Positions 9,457 through 19,594 of a stretch of 64,000 nucleotides of DNA are shown piece after piece. Every line of letters starts with the position of its first letter. The first letter of the stretch is position 1. The notes below the pieces were generated by a model, which was given only the letters and a program-made list of their open reading frames with translations, was not told the DNA's origin and did not search any database. The DNA lies in IMG/VR virus record IMGVR_UViG_3300032240_002475, positions 1 to 64,000 of that record. One strand, written 5' to 3'. A program made the position numbers and the translations under genes. The stretch is from a virus.

Positions 9457-9759
9457 ATGGAAATAAAAGAAATTATCTCATACTTCTTAAATCCTGACAC
9501 AAATGTTTTGGATGTATCATTCAGAACTATTGAGGATAGTGAAGAGGTTTTAAGAACGGACAACATAGATTATACTCATGTTGAAGATTATGGATTTGAC
9601 TTGGTGTCAGAATCATTTGATTTTTTTGATGATGAATTCGAAGATGATGAATTATTTGAAGAAGAAAAAATTGAATTGGATGAAGAAGAGTTAATTATAT
9701 TTTTAAATGAGTATTACACTATCAATCCTGATGCAATACCAAAGAGTGAGTTCTATTAA
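9457..9759 (+). CDS. acidic hypothetical protein
   Basis: 100-aa ORF. Confidence 0.65.
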   Translation: MEIKEIISYFLNPDTNVLDVSFRTIEDSEEVLRTDNIDYTHVEDYGFDLVSESFDFFDDEFEDDELFEEEKIELDEEELIIFLNEYYTINPDAIPKSEFY

Positions 9760-10289
9760 GGACCCACTCTTGTTAATGTTAATGTCATAACTTGTTTTTG
9801 ACCAAATTTCCCGTTGAACCAAGCGCCAGAGCTTTTTAATTGAAGGCTTTCGGTACCGTCATCTTCAATCATAAATGTGATTAATCTTGATGACCCATCA
9901 TCGGTTATATAATTAAATTGCATATACCCATTATTATATCTTGTTGCTCCAAATGTGTTATAGAAAATTTCATTTGGTGAACTACCATATTTCCAAATAT
10001 CTCTACCATCAGGTGTTACACCTAATAATTTCATCCTAATTGTTGAATAGTCTAAATGTATATAAAATCGATTTATTGGAATAAAATCGAATGGTTTTGG
10101 TAAAATACTATTAGAGTAGTTTGTACCTGAAAGATATAACGAATCTCTTGTTTCATTTTGGTCTACGTTAGTTATATCTAATTTAGACACAACGTATTTT
10201 CCACTTAATGTTAATGTTGGGGTTTCTGTAATATATTTTTCACAAGAAATTAATGATAATGATAAGAATAGAATTATTAGTTTTTTCAT
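9756..10289 (-). CDS. putative lipoprotein
   Basis: MKK-hydrophobic-LISC lipobox; TATATTTG box upstream. Confidence 0.75.
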   Translation of the reverse strand: MKKLIILFLSLSLISCEKYITETPTLTLSGKYVVSKLDITNVDQNETRDSLYLSGTNYSNSILPKPFDFIPINRFYIHLDYSTIRMKLLGVTPDGRDIWKYGSSPNEIFYNTFGATRYNNGYMQFNYITDDGSSRLITFMIEDDGTESLQLKSSGAWFNGKFGQKQVMTLTLTRVGP

Positions 10290-10337
10290 ACTGCAAATAT
10301 AATGATTTTTTTTACAAACAGCAAAATATTTATTACT

Positions 10338-10583
10338 ATGATTTTAGACGTAGATTTTTTAATAGATTTTTTTAAAAAACATTCCACTGAAGGAACTAGA
10401 GGTGAAATGGGAGAACAAGATGCTCCTGCAACCCCAGCACCATCTTCAGGAGGTTCAGGAAAAGCTCCTCCAAAGTGGGCTGATTCATATCCATTGAAAA
10501 GAGATAAAGCAAATAGATTAGGTCTTGCTGGCGAAAAGTGGGAAACTGGTCTTACAAGAGGTGCCGCTAATCAAATTTGGTAA
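10338..10583 (+). CDS. hypothetical (probable virion) protein
   Basis: Start trimmed to MILDVDF; TATTTAT upstream. Confidence 0.6.
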   Translation: MILDVDFLIDFFKKHSTEGTRGEMGEQDAPATPAPSSGGSGKAPPKWADSYPLKRDKANRLGLAGEKWETGLTRGAANQIW

Positions 10584-10616
10584 AACCGATATATTTATAA
10601 ATAAAAATTAATCATT

Positions 10617-11792
10617 ATGATACAACCACAATATAGTCCACAAGAGGCTTTGGATAGAATTAAATTAATGATGAAGTATGATACTTCAAAAACACTAAAT
10701 GAAAATGTACAAGTAATTTCAGAACAAGCAACACTAACTAGTACGGCTGGTTCAACAGCAATAGGTGCTGGTTTAGGTGCAGGAACTGGTATTGCTATGG
10801 GTGCAGGAGCTTTAGGTGGGTTAGGAACTACAGCAGGTGGTGCGGCCCTTGGACTTGGTACAACATTAGCACCATCATTAGGTGCAGCGGGTGCAACTGC
10901 ATTAGGTGCATCGGTTATTGGAGGTGCTGCGGCTTTAGCAATAGTCCCTTTAGTAATGTGGTATATGGATAAAGATAATGCAAAACCAAAAGTTGCAAGA
11001 ATCATACAATATTGTACAAGTGATGCCACTAAAATTGCAAAAATTAAAAGAGGAAATTCTGAAGCAGAAATTAGAAATTTATCTGACCAACTTTATGACG
11101 CAATGAACGGACTTGGAACCGATGAAGAAAAAGTTTATGGAGCATTCAAGTCGCTCAAAACGGCTTCTGACTTTTGTGCACTTGTGAATAGATTCAATAA
11201 AGATTACGGTAGTCAAGGAGATTTATTAGAATGGTTAGATGGTGATTTTGATGCGAGTGATGAGTGGGAACAAATCTTTAGACCAATTAGAGATGTTGTA
11301 GAAGATACATTGTTGAACATAAAAGATGAGACTCCTGTTGTTGATGCTAACAGACAATCAAAAATTAACTTATTATATTGTTCTGTAAAGAACGGTGTAA
11401 TTGATAATGTACTTAGTGAGTTCAACGGTGAAAAATGGGAGGAATTTGTAACTAAAAACGCAATAACACCTGCAGAAATAGAAACAGCTAAGAAGAGTTG
11501 TACTGGTGGTAAAAAAACTGACGATGGAGGTGGAGGTAGTGGATATAAATCTTGTACAGGAACATATCAATTTGGATGTAAATCTGATGTAATCGCTAAA
11601 GTACAAAAATGTATTGGAGTAGGCGCTGATGGTAAATTTGGACCAAAAACAAGAGCAGCTTTAAATGGTAAAGGAATCACAACATTTACTGATGCTGACG
11701 TAGATAAAATCTGTCAAACAGTAGCAGTAAACAACGATGAGTTCCAAAAACAAGTAGAACCTGATAATGTTGATGATGTATTAAATTCGTAA
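10617..11792 (+). CDS. putative virion protein: Gly/Ala hydrophobic segment, annexin-like repeat, PG-binding-like C-terminus
   Basis: LYDAMNGLGTDEE annexin-type motif; DGKFGPKT PG_binding_1-type motif. Confidence 0.7.
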   Translation: MIQPQYSPQEALDRIKLMMKYDTSKTLNENVQVISEQATLTSTAGSTAIGAGLGAGTGIAMGAGALGGLGTTAGGAALGLGTTLAPSLGAAGATALGASVIGGAAALAIVPLVMWYMDKDNAKPKVARIIQYCTSDATKIAKIKRGNSEAEIRNLSDQLYDAMNGLGTDEEKVYGAFKSLKTASDFCALVNRFNKDYGSQGDLLEWLDGDFDASDEWEQIFRPIRDVVEDTLLNIKDETPVVDANRQSKINLLYCSVKNGVIDNVLSEFNGEKWEEFVTKNAITPAEIETAKKSCTGGKKTDDGGGGSGYKSCTGTYQFGCKSDVIAKVQKCIGVGADGKFGPKTRAALNGKGITTFTDADVDKICQTVAVNNDEFQKQVEPDNVDDVLNS

Positions 11793-11800
11793 TATATAAT

Positions 11801-12787
11801 ATGAAAAAATTTTTAATAGAAGAATCAGAAAAAAATCAAATTTTATCAATGCATAGATTGGTAAAAGAACAAACAAAAGCAACTGGACCATCTGCGGATT
11901 TAGAGTTGTTACGTCAAGCTGTTAAGGCTGGATGTCTAAAAAACGGTAAATTATTATCAAATAATGCAGGAACAAAATATGTTTACAGAGCTACAACAAA
12001 AAGTGGTAAGCAGGTAGACTTTTTTGCCGACATGACTTATAAATTTTCCGATGGTACCAAAACTGGTACGTGGAAAATGTGTGACCAAGCAGCTATTGAT
12101 GCAACAACTACAATGGATAATACTTCTAAAGTTGATGTGTTAAAAAAAGAAGGATGGAAAACATTAGATGATTTAAAGAAAGACCATGTGGATTTAAATA
12201 CATTAGATAAAGTTTACGATACTCAAAATGTTGGTAGTGTAACTCTTTATAAAATGAAAGGAATCGTTGGAGATTTAACTCCAGGTAATTCAACTCAACA
12301 ATTTAATCAAGAACAATTAGCGTTTATTGACAAATATGAGAAAAAAGGATACATAATAAATCCTCCTAGAGTTGATAGAGAAAATATGAGACCAATTACG
12401 GCTGATGAGTTAGGAGCTCCGAGTGATTTGTTTCCTAATGGTTTGACTTTATATTATAACCCAAATAAGCAACATAATCTTACAACTGACCAAAGTGAAT
12501 TAGGAACTGACCTTACAAATCAAACACCTCCAAGAGATGTATGTAGACAAAGAATTGAACAGTTCTATTCAGCATATACCAAGAGAGCTAGTGGAATTTT
12601 TGACGCCGCGTCAATCATCAAAGCTAGAAATATAGTTCAAGCTTGTAAAGACGAATATTATCCTAAGAAATGGGGTATTTTGGGTGGAGAACTTGGTAAA
12701 TTGAACCAATATATTGAAATTTTAAGTGGTGACAGAGATGGTGGACCTGGAACTCAAGGAAGTGATAAAATCTTTAGGTTGAAATAA
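11801..12787 (+). CDS. hypothetical (probable virion) protein
   Basis: N-terminal ESEKNQILSMH motif shared with other ORFs in the window. Confidence 0.7.
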   Translation: MKKFLIEESEKNQILSMHRLVKEQTKATGPSADLELLRQAVKAGCLKNGKLLSNNAGTKYVYRATTKSGKQVDFFADMTYKFSDGTKTGTWKMCDQAAIDATTTMDNTSKVDVLKKEGWKTLDDLKKDHVDLNTLDKVYDTQNVGSVTLYKMKGIVGDLTPGNSTQQFNQEQLAFIDKYEKKGYIINPPRVDRENMRPITADELGAPSDLFPNGLTLYYNPNKQHNLTTDQSELGTDLTNQTPPRDVCRQRIEQFYSAYTKRASGIFDAASIIKARNIVQACKDEYYPKKWGILGGELGKLNQYIEILSGDRDGGPGTQGSDKIFRLK

Positions 12788-12796
12788 AATTATATA

Positions 12797-13528
12797 ATGC
12801 TAAAAAAAGATATTAAAAAAGTAATATTAGAGACAAAAGAAAAAAAAGAAAAACTTTTGATAGAACAAAAAATTGTCACAAATAGAGTGATGATGGTTTT
12901 TGAATCAAAAGAAAATATTGTAAATTTCAAACGTCTACCTAAGGAAAAAAAACAAAAAATTGCTAATGCACTTTTTGAAGAGATTTCCTATATGGAAGAA
13001 CAAGGTCTTCTTAATGAACAGCTATGGGATTTTTTAAAGTCTATTTTTGGTAATTCTTTAGGTGCTGCAACTGAGACTTTCGTAGAACCTTTAATCAACT
13101 CTGTATTTGGAGCAATTGGTCTTGGAGATAGTTTTTTCAGCAAATTTGTGGTTTCGTTTTTAACAACAAATCCAAGTAGAATTGCTCAAGCATTGAAAAG
13201 TTGTGATGAATTAACAAAGTTAATTGCAGAATCATTAACCGAAGCAGTTGCTATGATGATAATGAAACAACAAGGATTAGAAGGTAAAGGATACGCATTT
13301 TTGAGAAACGCATTAGGTGGAGCAGTAAGAAGCACTTCTTTTGCTAGTAGCTTAGAAAATCAACTTAGTAGTGTTGTATGTAGTCTTTTCCATAAGATGA
13401 ATGACAAAGCATCCAATGTTGTTGACAAGTTAAAAGGGGATTCAACAGAAAATAGTGGAGGTGGTATTAGTGGATTAATAGATGCGGGTAAGAAGGCGTT
13501 AACTCCTTCACCAGTACCTGCAACTTAA
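12797..13528 (+). CDS. hypothetical (probable virion) protein
   Basis: 243-aa ORF in the same operon. Confidence 0.7.
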   Translation: MLKKDIKKVILETKEKKEKLLIEQKIVTNRVMMVFESKENIVNFKRLPKEKKQKIANALFEEISYMEEQGLLNEQLWDFLKSIFGNSLGAATETFVEPLINSVFGAIGLGDSFFSKFVVSFLTTNPSRIAQALKSCDELTKLIAESLTEAVAMMIMKQQGLEGKGYAFLRNALGGAVRSTSFASSLENQLSSVVCSLFHKMNDKASNVVDKLKGDSTENSGGGISGLIDAGKKALTPSPVPAT

Positions 13529-13598
13529 CGCCAAAATAACTTTAAAAGGTTATTTTTATAAACGACTAAAAAAACAAAAGGGGGTGTTCTAAAGTCTT

Positions 13599-13628
13599 GA
13601 AAAAGAAGGGTATTAACCCTTCTTTTTT
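13599..13628. terminator. bidirectional intrinsic terminator
   Basis: AAAAAGAAGGG-TATTAA-CCCTTCTTTTT between convergent genes. Confidence 0.65.
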
Positions 13629-14290
13629 GTTTTAATAATCTCATCAATAATTCCGTAATCTAAAGCTTCTTGACTGTCCAACCATAAGTCTCTTGAAGCA
13701 TCCATTTTAACTTGTTCTGCGGATTTACCACAATATTCACCTAAAAGGTCAAATAATGTGTCATTAATTTTTTCCCACTCTTTAAATGTAACTCGGGCAT
13801 CTTGGATATTTCCACCAGCTCCACCTGAAGATTGGTGTAACATTGTTCTTGAAAACTTTAATGAACTTCTTTTACCTTTAGTTCCTGCACCCAATAATAC
13901 AGAGCCCATAGATGCTGCCATACCTGTATTTACTGTTCTAATATCACATGAAATATAATTCATAACATCAACCATAGATAATCCTGATTTGACGCTTCCG
14001 CCAGGAGAGTCAATATGCATTGTAATGTCCCCTTTATCGTTATTATCCAAGAACATTAATTGTGCTTGAACAATGGTAGACATACGGTCCTCAACAACAC
14101 CTGCGACCCATAAAATCCTATCTCTCATCAAACGTGAAAAGATGTCAATTTGAGTAGCCCTCATCTCTCTTTCTTCGAGAATGTATGGAGTCATTGAAGA
14201 CTCAATTTGATTTGAAAAATTGTGAAGGTCTAATGAACCTTTACCTAAATGTTTAACGTAGTAGTTTTGAAAATCTTGTCCTATAGTCAT
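13613..14290 (-). CDS. clpP: ATP-dependent Clp protease proteolytic subunit
   Basis: DIFSRLMRDRI, IDSPGGSV, GMAASMG (Ser), MLHQ (His), RDLWL..EA.DYGIID; start trimmed to MTIGQDF. Confidence 0.95.
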   Translation of the reverse strand: MTIGQDFQNYYVKHLGKGSLDLHNFSNQIESSMTPYILEEREMRATQIDIFSRLMRDRILWVAGVVEDRMSTIVQAQLMFLDNNDKGDITMHIDSPGGSVKSGLSMVDVMNYISCDIRTVNTGMAASMGSVLLGAGTKGKRSSLKFSRTMLHQSSGGAGGNIQDARVTFKEWEKINDTLFDLLGEYCGKSAEQVKMDASRDLWLDSQEALDYGIIDEIIKTKKKG

Positions 14291-14327
14291 AAATGTTTTT
14301 GTTTGATACAAATATAGGAATTTAAAT

Positions 14328-14981
14328 TTAAAGACCCAAAATATCGTCAATAATTTCTTGGCTTGATAAAGTTTTCCAACATCTTGGATGTTGATATGAC
14401 CAAAAAGTTTTCCAATTACCGTACCAAATAACCCCTTCTTTTCTTGGGTCAATAGTTTTGAAATCAGTACTTTGTTTTGGGAATCTACCTATATTATAGG
14501 TCTTGTAATAGTCTATATTTTCAACGTTATAGTAATCTGAATATTCTTTATTAATCTCGTCAAATTCGGTATGAATTAATGGTTTACATCCGTGGATTTT
14601 CTTATATTCCATAACCCTATCAATCCATAATAAACACTCATCTTTATCCATAGTGTCTAAATTAAATTTAACTATTTTTCCATAATCATTATATCTATGA
14701 GAGTATATTTTTTTTATTCCATAGTTTGGAACATACTTTGATATTGAAATTTCAAAGTCTCCGTAAAATTCAATTGGAACTCCAAACCAATTTCTCCATC
14801 CATTATCAGTTGGGGAAATTTTATATCCATCAATAGTTAATGACCTGTCATCACCATTTGGATATTCTCTCATTTCAACATAGTAAAGATTATCAGGTCC
14901 TACAATTTTAACGTATGGGAATGGATTAAAATGTAATATACATTTTTCTTCGTTAAGTGAAAAATACATAATTTTCAACAA
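14328..14981 (-). CDS. hypothetical protein downstream of carbamoyltransferases
   Basis: 217-aa ORF overlapping the upstream gene. Confidence 0.65.
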   Translation of the reverse strand: MLKIMYFSLNEEKCILHFNPFPYVKIVGPDNLYYVEMREYPNGDDRSLTIDGYKISPTDNGWRNWFGVPIEFYGDFEISISKYVPNYGIKKIYSHRYNDYGKIVKFNLDTMDKDECLLWIDRVMEYKKIHGCKPLIHTEFDEINKEYSDYYNVENIDYYKTYNIGRFPKQSTDFKTIDPRKEGVIWYGNWKTFWSYQHPRCWKTLSSQEIIDDILGL

Positions 14982-16542
14982 TTAATTTATCAATAATTTT
15001 ATTTTCTAACATATGAAAAGCTTCCGTTGGGTTTTCAATTATAGGTGTATTATGAGGGTTGAATGAAGTATTCAATAAAACAGGAATCCCTGAGAGTTGA
15101 TAGTATTCATTTAGAATTTCCCAAAATTTTGGTAGTTTTGATTTAACAACAGTTTGAGGTCTTGCGGTTTTATCTGATTTTTGAATAACTGCAGGAATTT
15201 TTTCAATCCACTCTTCTTTTGTGTTATAACATAAAGTCATAAATTCTGAAGTGTACTTTGATTTTGAATAAGTAAAAATATTATCAAAATGTTCGTCCAT
15301 AACAATTGGTGCGAATGGCATTGTATCATATCTATTTAATCTTTTATTTAAAATTTTGTGTGTACCAATCTCAGTTGGTCTTACTAATATACTTCTAGCA
15401 CCTAACGACCTAGGACCAAATTCTGACCCTCCTTGGAACCACCCAACAATTGCACCATCATTTATTTCTTTGGCGATTTCTTTTGGGTTATAGTCCGTTT
15501 TTTTAAAATTGAATTTTTTAGATATTTCTAATATTTCGTTTTCAGTATATGAAATTCCAAAGAAAACATCATTTAACTTAAATGGTTTTGATAATTCACC
15601 TAACTCAACTGATTTATGAATACACGCACCTAATGATAAACCTTCATCTCCCATTGCAGGATAAATATAAATCTCATCAACCCATTCCAATTCATTAATT
15701 TTTTGATTCATTTTTACGTTTGCAAATAATCCTCCAGCAAAACATAGTTTTCTATAATCAGGATATAAATTGTGAATATCATCTAAGAATTTTAAAAATA
15801 AATCTTCAGTTAATTTTTGAAGATTAAATGAAAATACTTCTCTTTGTTTTTGAGTGTTAAGAAGACCTTCTGATTTCATCATATCAACTACAAATTGGGT
15901 TTTGCTATATGTTGATGATGGATAAAATCTAAAACTATCATAATTTATACATGTTTTTAACATATTATAAATTTTTTCATCATAATATCCGTCAGGAGCC
16001 ATTCCCATTAGTTTCCCTTCATCTTTACACATTTTCCAAATTCCTTCACCCCATTCATTATACCCCATAATGCTTGATGTACTAAATCCCCATAAATGTG
16101 ATAAACTGCCAAACGATGCGATTGGTTCACTCTTGATTAATGTCATATTTCCATCTTCACACAAATACATTTTCATGACTGTGGATTCACCACCACCATC
16201 ATATGTAAGTGTTATTATCTTTCCTTCAAACCCACTTGTAAAATAAGCACCATACGCGTGTGCAGTATGATGACTAATTTTTTCATATCTATTGTTTGTG
16301 ATTTTTCTTGCAAATGCGTCAGGTGTTGGGTCAACAAAGACATTATAATCTGCATCTGTAATATTAACACCTGTAAATTTTTGAACAGCTTCGGATGCCA
16401 GTTCAACATTAATATCATAGTTGTCTCCAGCCTTAATTCTTGTCATTCTTTCTTCTTCTAAACAAGAAACAATTTTCCCATCTTTCATTAAGGCAATTGT
16501 CGGACTATGCGAACCTGTAAAAAATCCGTAAATTAAACTCAT
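14953..16542 (-). CDS. carbamoyltransferase (NodU/CmcH/TobZ family)
   Basis: EEERMTRIK, HHTAHA, EGKLMGMA, GGLFANV, EFGPRSLGARS, MPFAP, LLNTSFN. Confidence 0.93.
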   Translation of the reverse strand: MSLIYGFFTGSHSPTIALMKDGKIVSCLEEERMTRIKAGDNYDINVELASEAVQKFTGVNITDADYNVFVDPTPDAFARKITNNRYEKISHHTAHAYGAYFTSGFEGKIITLTYDGGGESTVMKMYLCEDGNMTLIKSEPIASFGSLSHLWGFSTSSIMGYNEWGEGIWKMCKDEGKLMGMAPDGYYDEKIYNMLKTCINYDSFRFYPSSTYSKTQFVVDMMKSEGLLNTQKQREVFSFNLQKLTEDLFLKFLDDIHNLYPDYRKLCFAGGLFANVKMNQKINELEWVDEIYIYPAMGDEGLSLGACIHKSVELGELSKPFKLNDVFFGISYTENEILEISKKFNFKKTDYNPKEIAKEINDGAIVGWFQGGSEFGPRSLGARSILVRPTEIGTHKILNKRLNRYDTMPFAPIVMDEHFDNIFTYSKSKYTSEFMTLCYNTKEEWIEKIPAVIQKSDKTARPQTVVKSKLPKFWEILNEYYQLSGIPVLLNTSFNPHNTPIIENPTEAFHMLENKIIDKLIVENYVFFT

Positions 16543-18212
16543 AAATTTTTTCTTATGATAAAATTATTGATTACTAAAATATCAAGATTTCTTTCTATAA
16601 ATGTTTTTATTGCATCTTCTGGTGATTCAACCATTGGTTCCTTTGGACCATTAAAACTTGTGTTTAATAATACAGGAACATTTGTTTGGTTGTAAAAACT
16701 TTCAATTAGTTGATAAAACTTTGGATTGTTTTCTTTTGTGACAGATTGATGTCTTGCTGAATTATCTATATGTGTAACTGCAGGTATTTTACTTCTCCAT
16801 TCTTCTTTAACTGTTGTAGTAACTAACATATACGGAGAGTATACGTCTGATTCAAAAACTTTATTTTGATGTTCAAATAAAACTGCTGGCGCAAATGGTC
16901 TATACCATTCTCTACCTTTGATGTCTGAATTTATATGACCTGTCATCCAAGAGTTAATTGGAGATGCAATAATAGAACGATTACCTAAAGCTCTTGGACC
17001 AATTTCAGAACCTCCTTGAAACCATCCAATAACTCTATTTTGTCTCAACCAATGTGTAGTATCAGCAATTAATGTATCAAAATTTTCATATTCAGTATGA
17101 AGTAATTCTGGATACTTATTTAAACTTTCAATAATTTCTGATTTGGAATATGTTTTTCCAATATAAGGATTTAATGGTTCTGTAGATTCAATGTCTACAA
17201 GTTTTTGTTGAGCGTACCAAGCACATCCTAATGGTATTCCACTATCATCACTTGGTGGAATAAAATAACAATTCTCATATAATCCTGAATTTAAGATTTT
17301 TTCGTTTGAATTGCAATTTAAAAATGAACCGCCAGCAACACAAACATTTTTTGAGTTTGTTTTATTTTTAGCAATTTTGGCTAAAATAAGAGATGCTCTT
17401 TCTTGTTCTCTTTGATAAATTCCCGCAACACAAGCTCTTGAAAAGAAATCAGACTTCCAAGATACTCTTGGGTATATTGGATTGTTTGGTATGAATATAT
17501 CATCCCCTAAATCTTTAATAAATTCAGGTGCCTCATCAACAATTTTATCATCAGCATAAGACGCTAACCCCATTAATTTACCTGCTGGCCAAGTATGTTC
17601 ATTTGGTTCGTAAATTAATTGTAAAGAACCTTGAGAATATACTGTACCTACTGATACATCTTCTCCTGTATCAATCGGCACAGGATATTTTATCCATTTT
17701 TTATAAACTTCATTATATTTTTCTTTGGTAAAATAATAAATTGAAATTCCTTCTGTCCAATCTTCATCAGGATTTAATCCCGTTCTATCAACATCATACC
17801 ACTTGGTCAATTTATTTTTATAATTCAAAATACTACCTGAAGCATCTGCAACAATTACTGCGGCATTATCGAATCCTGAACTAAAAAATGTTGAATATGC
17901 GTGAGCCAAATGATGAGGAATAAAAAATAATATCTCTCTTTTTAAATCATTATATTTTTTAAAAAATTGTTGTCCAACATTATCTTCGATTTCTGTCGTA
18001 CTATAAACATAATAATCAATATCTCTATGTGTTATGTTTAATGCATTTAAACAATAAGTTATTGATTCAAAAGGTATGAGACCTCCCTGCCAAGCTCCAT
18101 CATGTTTAAGACGAGAAAGTCTTTCTTGAGTAATACCCACAGCAACTTTTCCGTTCTCAATAATTACGGCACCTTTATCGTGTCCTACTGAAAATCCTAA
18201 TACTCTCATCAA
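16539..18212 (-). CDS. carbamoyltransferase (NodU/CmcH/TobZ family)
   Basis: GHD, ERLSRLKH, HHLAHA, GKLMGLA, EIGPRALGNRS, RPFAP, LLNTSFN. Confidence 0.93.
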   Translation of the reverse strand: MMRVLGFSVGHDKGAVIIENGKVAVGITQERLSRLKHDGAWQGGLIPFESITYCLNALNITHRDIDYYVYSTTEIEDNVGQQFFKKYNDLKREILFFIPHHLAHAYSTFFSSGFDNAAVIVADASGSILNYKNKLTKWYDVDRTGLNPDEDWTEGISIYYFTKEKYNEVYKKWIKYPVPIDTGEDVSVGTVYSQGSLQLIYEPNEHTWPAGKLMGLASYADDKIVDEAPEFIKDLGDDIFIPNNPIYPRVSWKSDFFSRACVAGIYQREQERASLILAKIAKNKTNSKNVCVAGGSFLNCNSNEKILNSGLYENCYFIPPSDDSGIPLGCAWYAQQKLVDIESTEPLNPYIGKTYSKSEIIESLNKYPELLHTEYENFDTLIADTTHWLRQNRVIGWFQGGSEIGPRALGNRSIIASPINSWMTGHINSDIKGREWYRPFAPAVLFEHQNKVFESDVYSPYMLVTTTVKEEWRSKIPAVTHIDNSARHQSVTKENNPKFYQLIESFYNQTNVPVLLNTSFNGPKEPMVESPEDAIKTFIERNLDILVINNFIIRKNL

Positions 18213-18226
18213 TGTTTTTTTTTAAC

Positions 18227-18520
18227 TTACGCCTGTTCCGTAGACTCAGGTTCTTTATCATTTTGGTTCATACTAACCGCACTTCCTTCTGGAAGGTCTT
18301 CTTCGCATTTATAAATGTGGACTTGGTTGTTATGTTGAAAGACGATTACTTTCTTAACGTCTTCTCCTAAGTTTATGTCTCCAACAATGTCGACAACAAT
18401 ACCATCACCTTCATTAAGAATTAGACCTAATGCTCTTGCAAAGATTAATGATGCGTTTAATAGGTCTTGTGGATTTTGTAATTGTCCTGCCTCTTCTGGA
18501 TTTGTGTAATTTTCTTGCAT
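18227..18520 (-). CDS. hypothetical protein
   Basis: ORF in operon. Confidence 0.6.
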   Translation of the reverse strand: MQENYTNPEEAGQLQNPQDLLNASLIFARALGLILNEGDGIVVDIVGDINLGEDVKKVIVFQHNNQVHIYKCEEDLPEGSAVSMNQNDKEPESTEQA

Positions 18521-18526
18521 AATATT

Positions 18527-18820
18527 TTATTCTGTTTTGTGTTCAAAGTATTCCTCAAACTGCTTTGCAGCTTTTGGGTTTATTTCTTTCAAATTTTCTA
18601 ATGAAAGTTCATATCTTCCGTTGTCAATGGATATATTAAAATTTTCTTCACGTAAACTATCACATTCTATTGATAGACTATCGTTCACATGATTCAAATT
18701 ATATATTTCGGTTTGTTGACTTTTAACTGTTGCAATATCATTGCACCACATAACGGTCATCCATAACAATGTTAAAATTGTTAATACCCATAACCCTCTT
18801 AATTTAGTTTCTGTTGTCAT
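18527..18820 (-). CDS. membrane-anchored coiled-coil hypothetical protein
   Basis: N-terminal TM segment followed by heptads. Confidence 0.6.
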   Translation of the reverse strand: MTTETKLRGLWVLTILTLLWMTVMWCNDIATVKSQQTEIYNLNHVNDSLSIECDSLREENFNISIDNGRYELSLENLKEINPKAAKQFEEYFEHKTE

Positions 18821-18849
18821 ATTTATCTTTTTAAATTTAATAAAGTTTT

Positions 18850-19338
18850 TTAATAAACAAATGATTTTTGATATTCATTCCAAACCTTTTGGACACTTGC
18901 ATTCTCACCAACTATTGTTGGTGTAAATGGTTTATGTTTCATTGGCATTTTAGCTTCTTCAGGAGTTTTACTTCCTTTCTTAAGGTTACATTTAAAACAA
19001 GAAGTAACCAAGTTTGTCCATTCATTTCCACCACCCCTTGATTTAGGAATAACGTGGTCTAAAGTCAAATTTTTATTTGACCCACAATAAACGCATTCAT
19101 AATTATCCCTCTTATAAATTCTTGGTCTACTTGCCCTTAAAGTCCTTACGTGATGTCTAATGTATTTTAGTAATCTAATAATTAAAGGGCGCACGTATGT
19201 TTTGTATCCAGTGATAATAGGTGATTCGTCTGATTTAATAACCTCAGCCTTACCTTTATCAACCAACACAAATCCCCTCCTAATACTTGTAATATTCAGG
19301 GGTGTGTAATCATAATTTAATACTAGCACAGTACTCAT
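18850..19338 (-). CDS. HNH endonuclease (McrA-like)
   Basis: VLVLN, RD..CVYCG, TLDHVIPKSRGG..WTNLV..C..CN.KK. Confidence 0.9.
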   Translation of the reverse strand: MSTVLVLNYDYTPLNITSIRRGFVLVDKGKAEVIKSDESPIITGYKTYVRPLIIRLLKYIRHHVRTLRASRPRIYKRDNYECVYCGSNKNLTLDHVIPKSRGGGNEWTNLVTSCFKCNLKKGSKTPEEAKMPMKHKPFTPTIVGENASVQKVWNEYQKSFVY

Positions 19339-19382
19339 TTAATCCAATTTTTACAAACTTAAGTGATTTAGATAATAAAAAC

Positions 19383-19412
19383 AAAAAAGGGGTCAATTTT
19401 ATCGACCCCTTC
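19383..19412 (-). terminator. intrinsic terminator after a short leader ORF
   Basis: Minus strand AAGGGGTCGA-TAAAA-TTGACCCCTTTTTT. Confidence 0.75.
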
Positions 19413-19426
19413 TATATACTCATGAT

Positions 19427-19528
19427 TTAGCAAAAGTTTATGGTTCGAGATTTTCCAATTCTCAATACATCCGAGTTCTCATATTTTTGGTTAGTTCCCA
19501 AAAGACACGTTATTTTGTCTATCATCAT
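19427..19528 (-). CDS. short ORF / possible leader peptide MMIDKITCLLGTNQKYENSDVLRIGKSRTINFC
   Basis: 33 codons between a TATTTAT motif and a terminator. Confidence 0.45.
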   Translation of the reverse strand: MMIDKITCLLGTNQKYENSDVLRIGKSRTINFC

Positions 19529-19594
19529 TACAATAAATATCCATAAAAATTTCTCAAAATCAAATTATTTTTATATCTTTGTAAAAAAACGAAT

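Noticed and set aside
10595-11029. Pro/Ala-rich minus-strand ORF (similarly 44155-44508 and 50766-51146)
   Set aside because: Antisense shadows of low-complexity segments in real genes
13613-14452. N-terminally extended 279-aa ClpP
   Set aside because: The extension overlaps the upstream gene and a TATATTTG promoter box; the ATG at 14290 is more plausible
18850-19338. Intron- or intein-associated homing endonuclease
   Set aside because: Free-standing McrA-like HNH; no interrupted host gene or splice motifs, and terminase, portal and capsid appear uninterrupted
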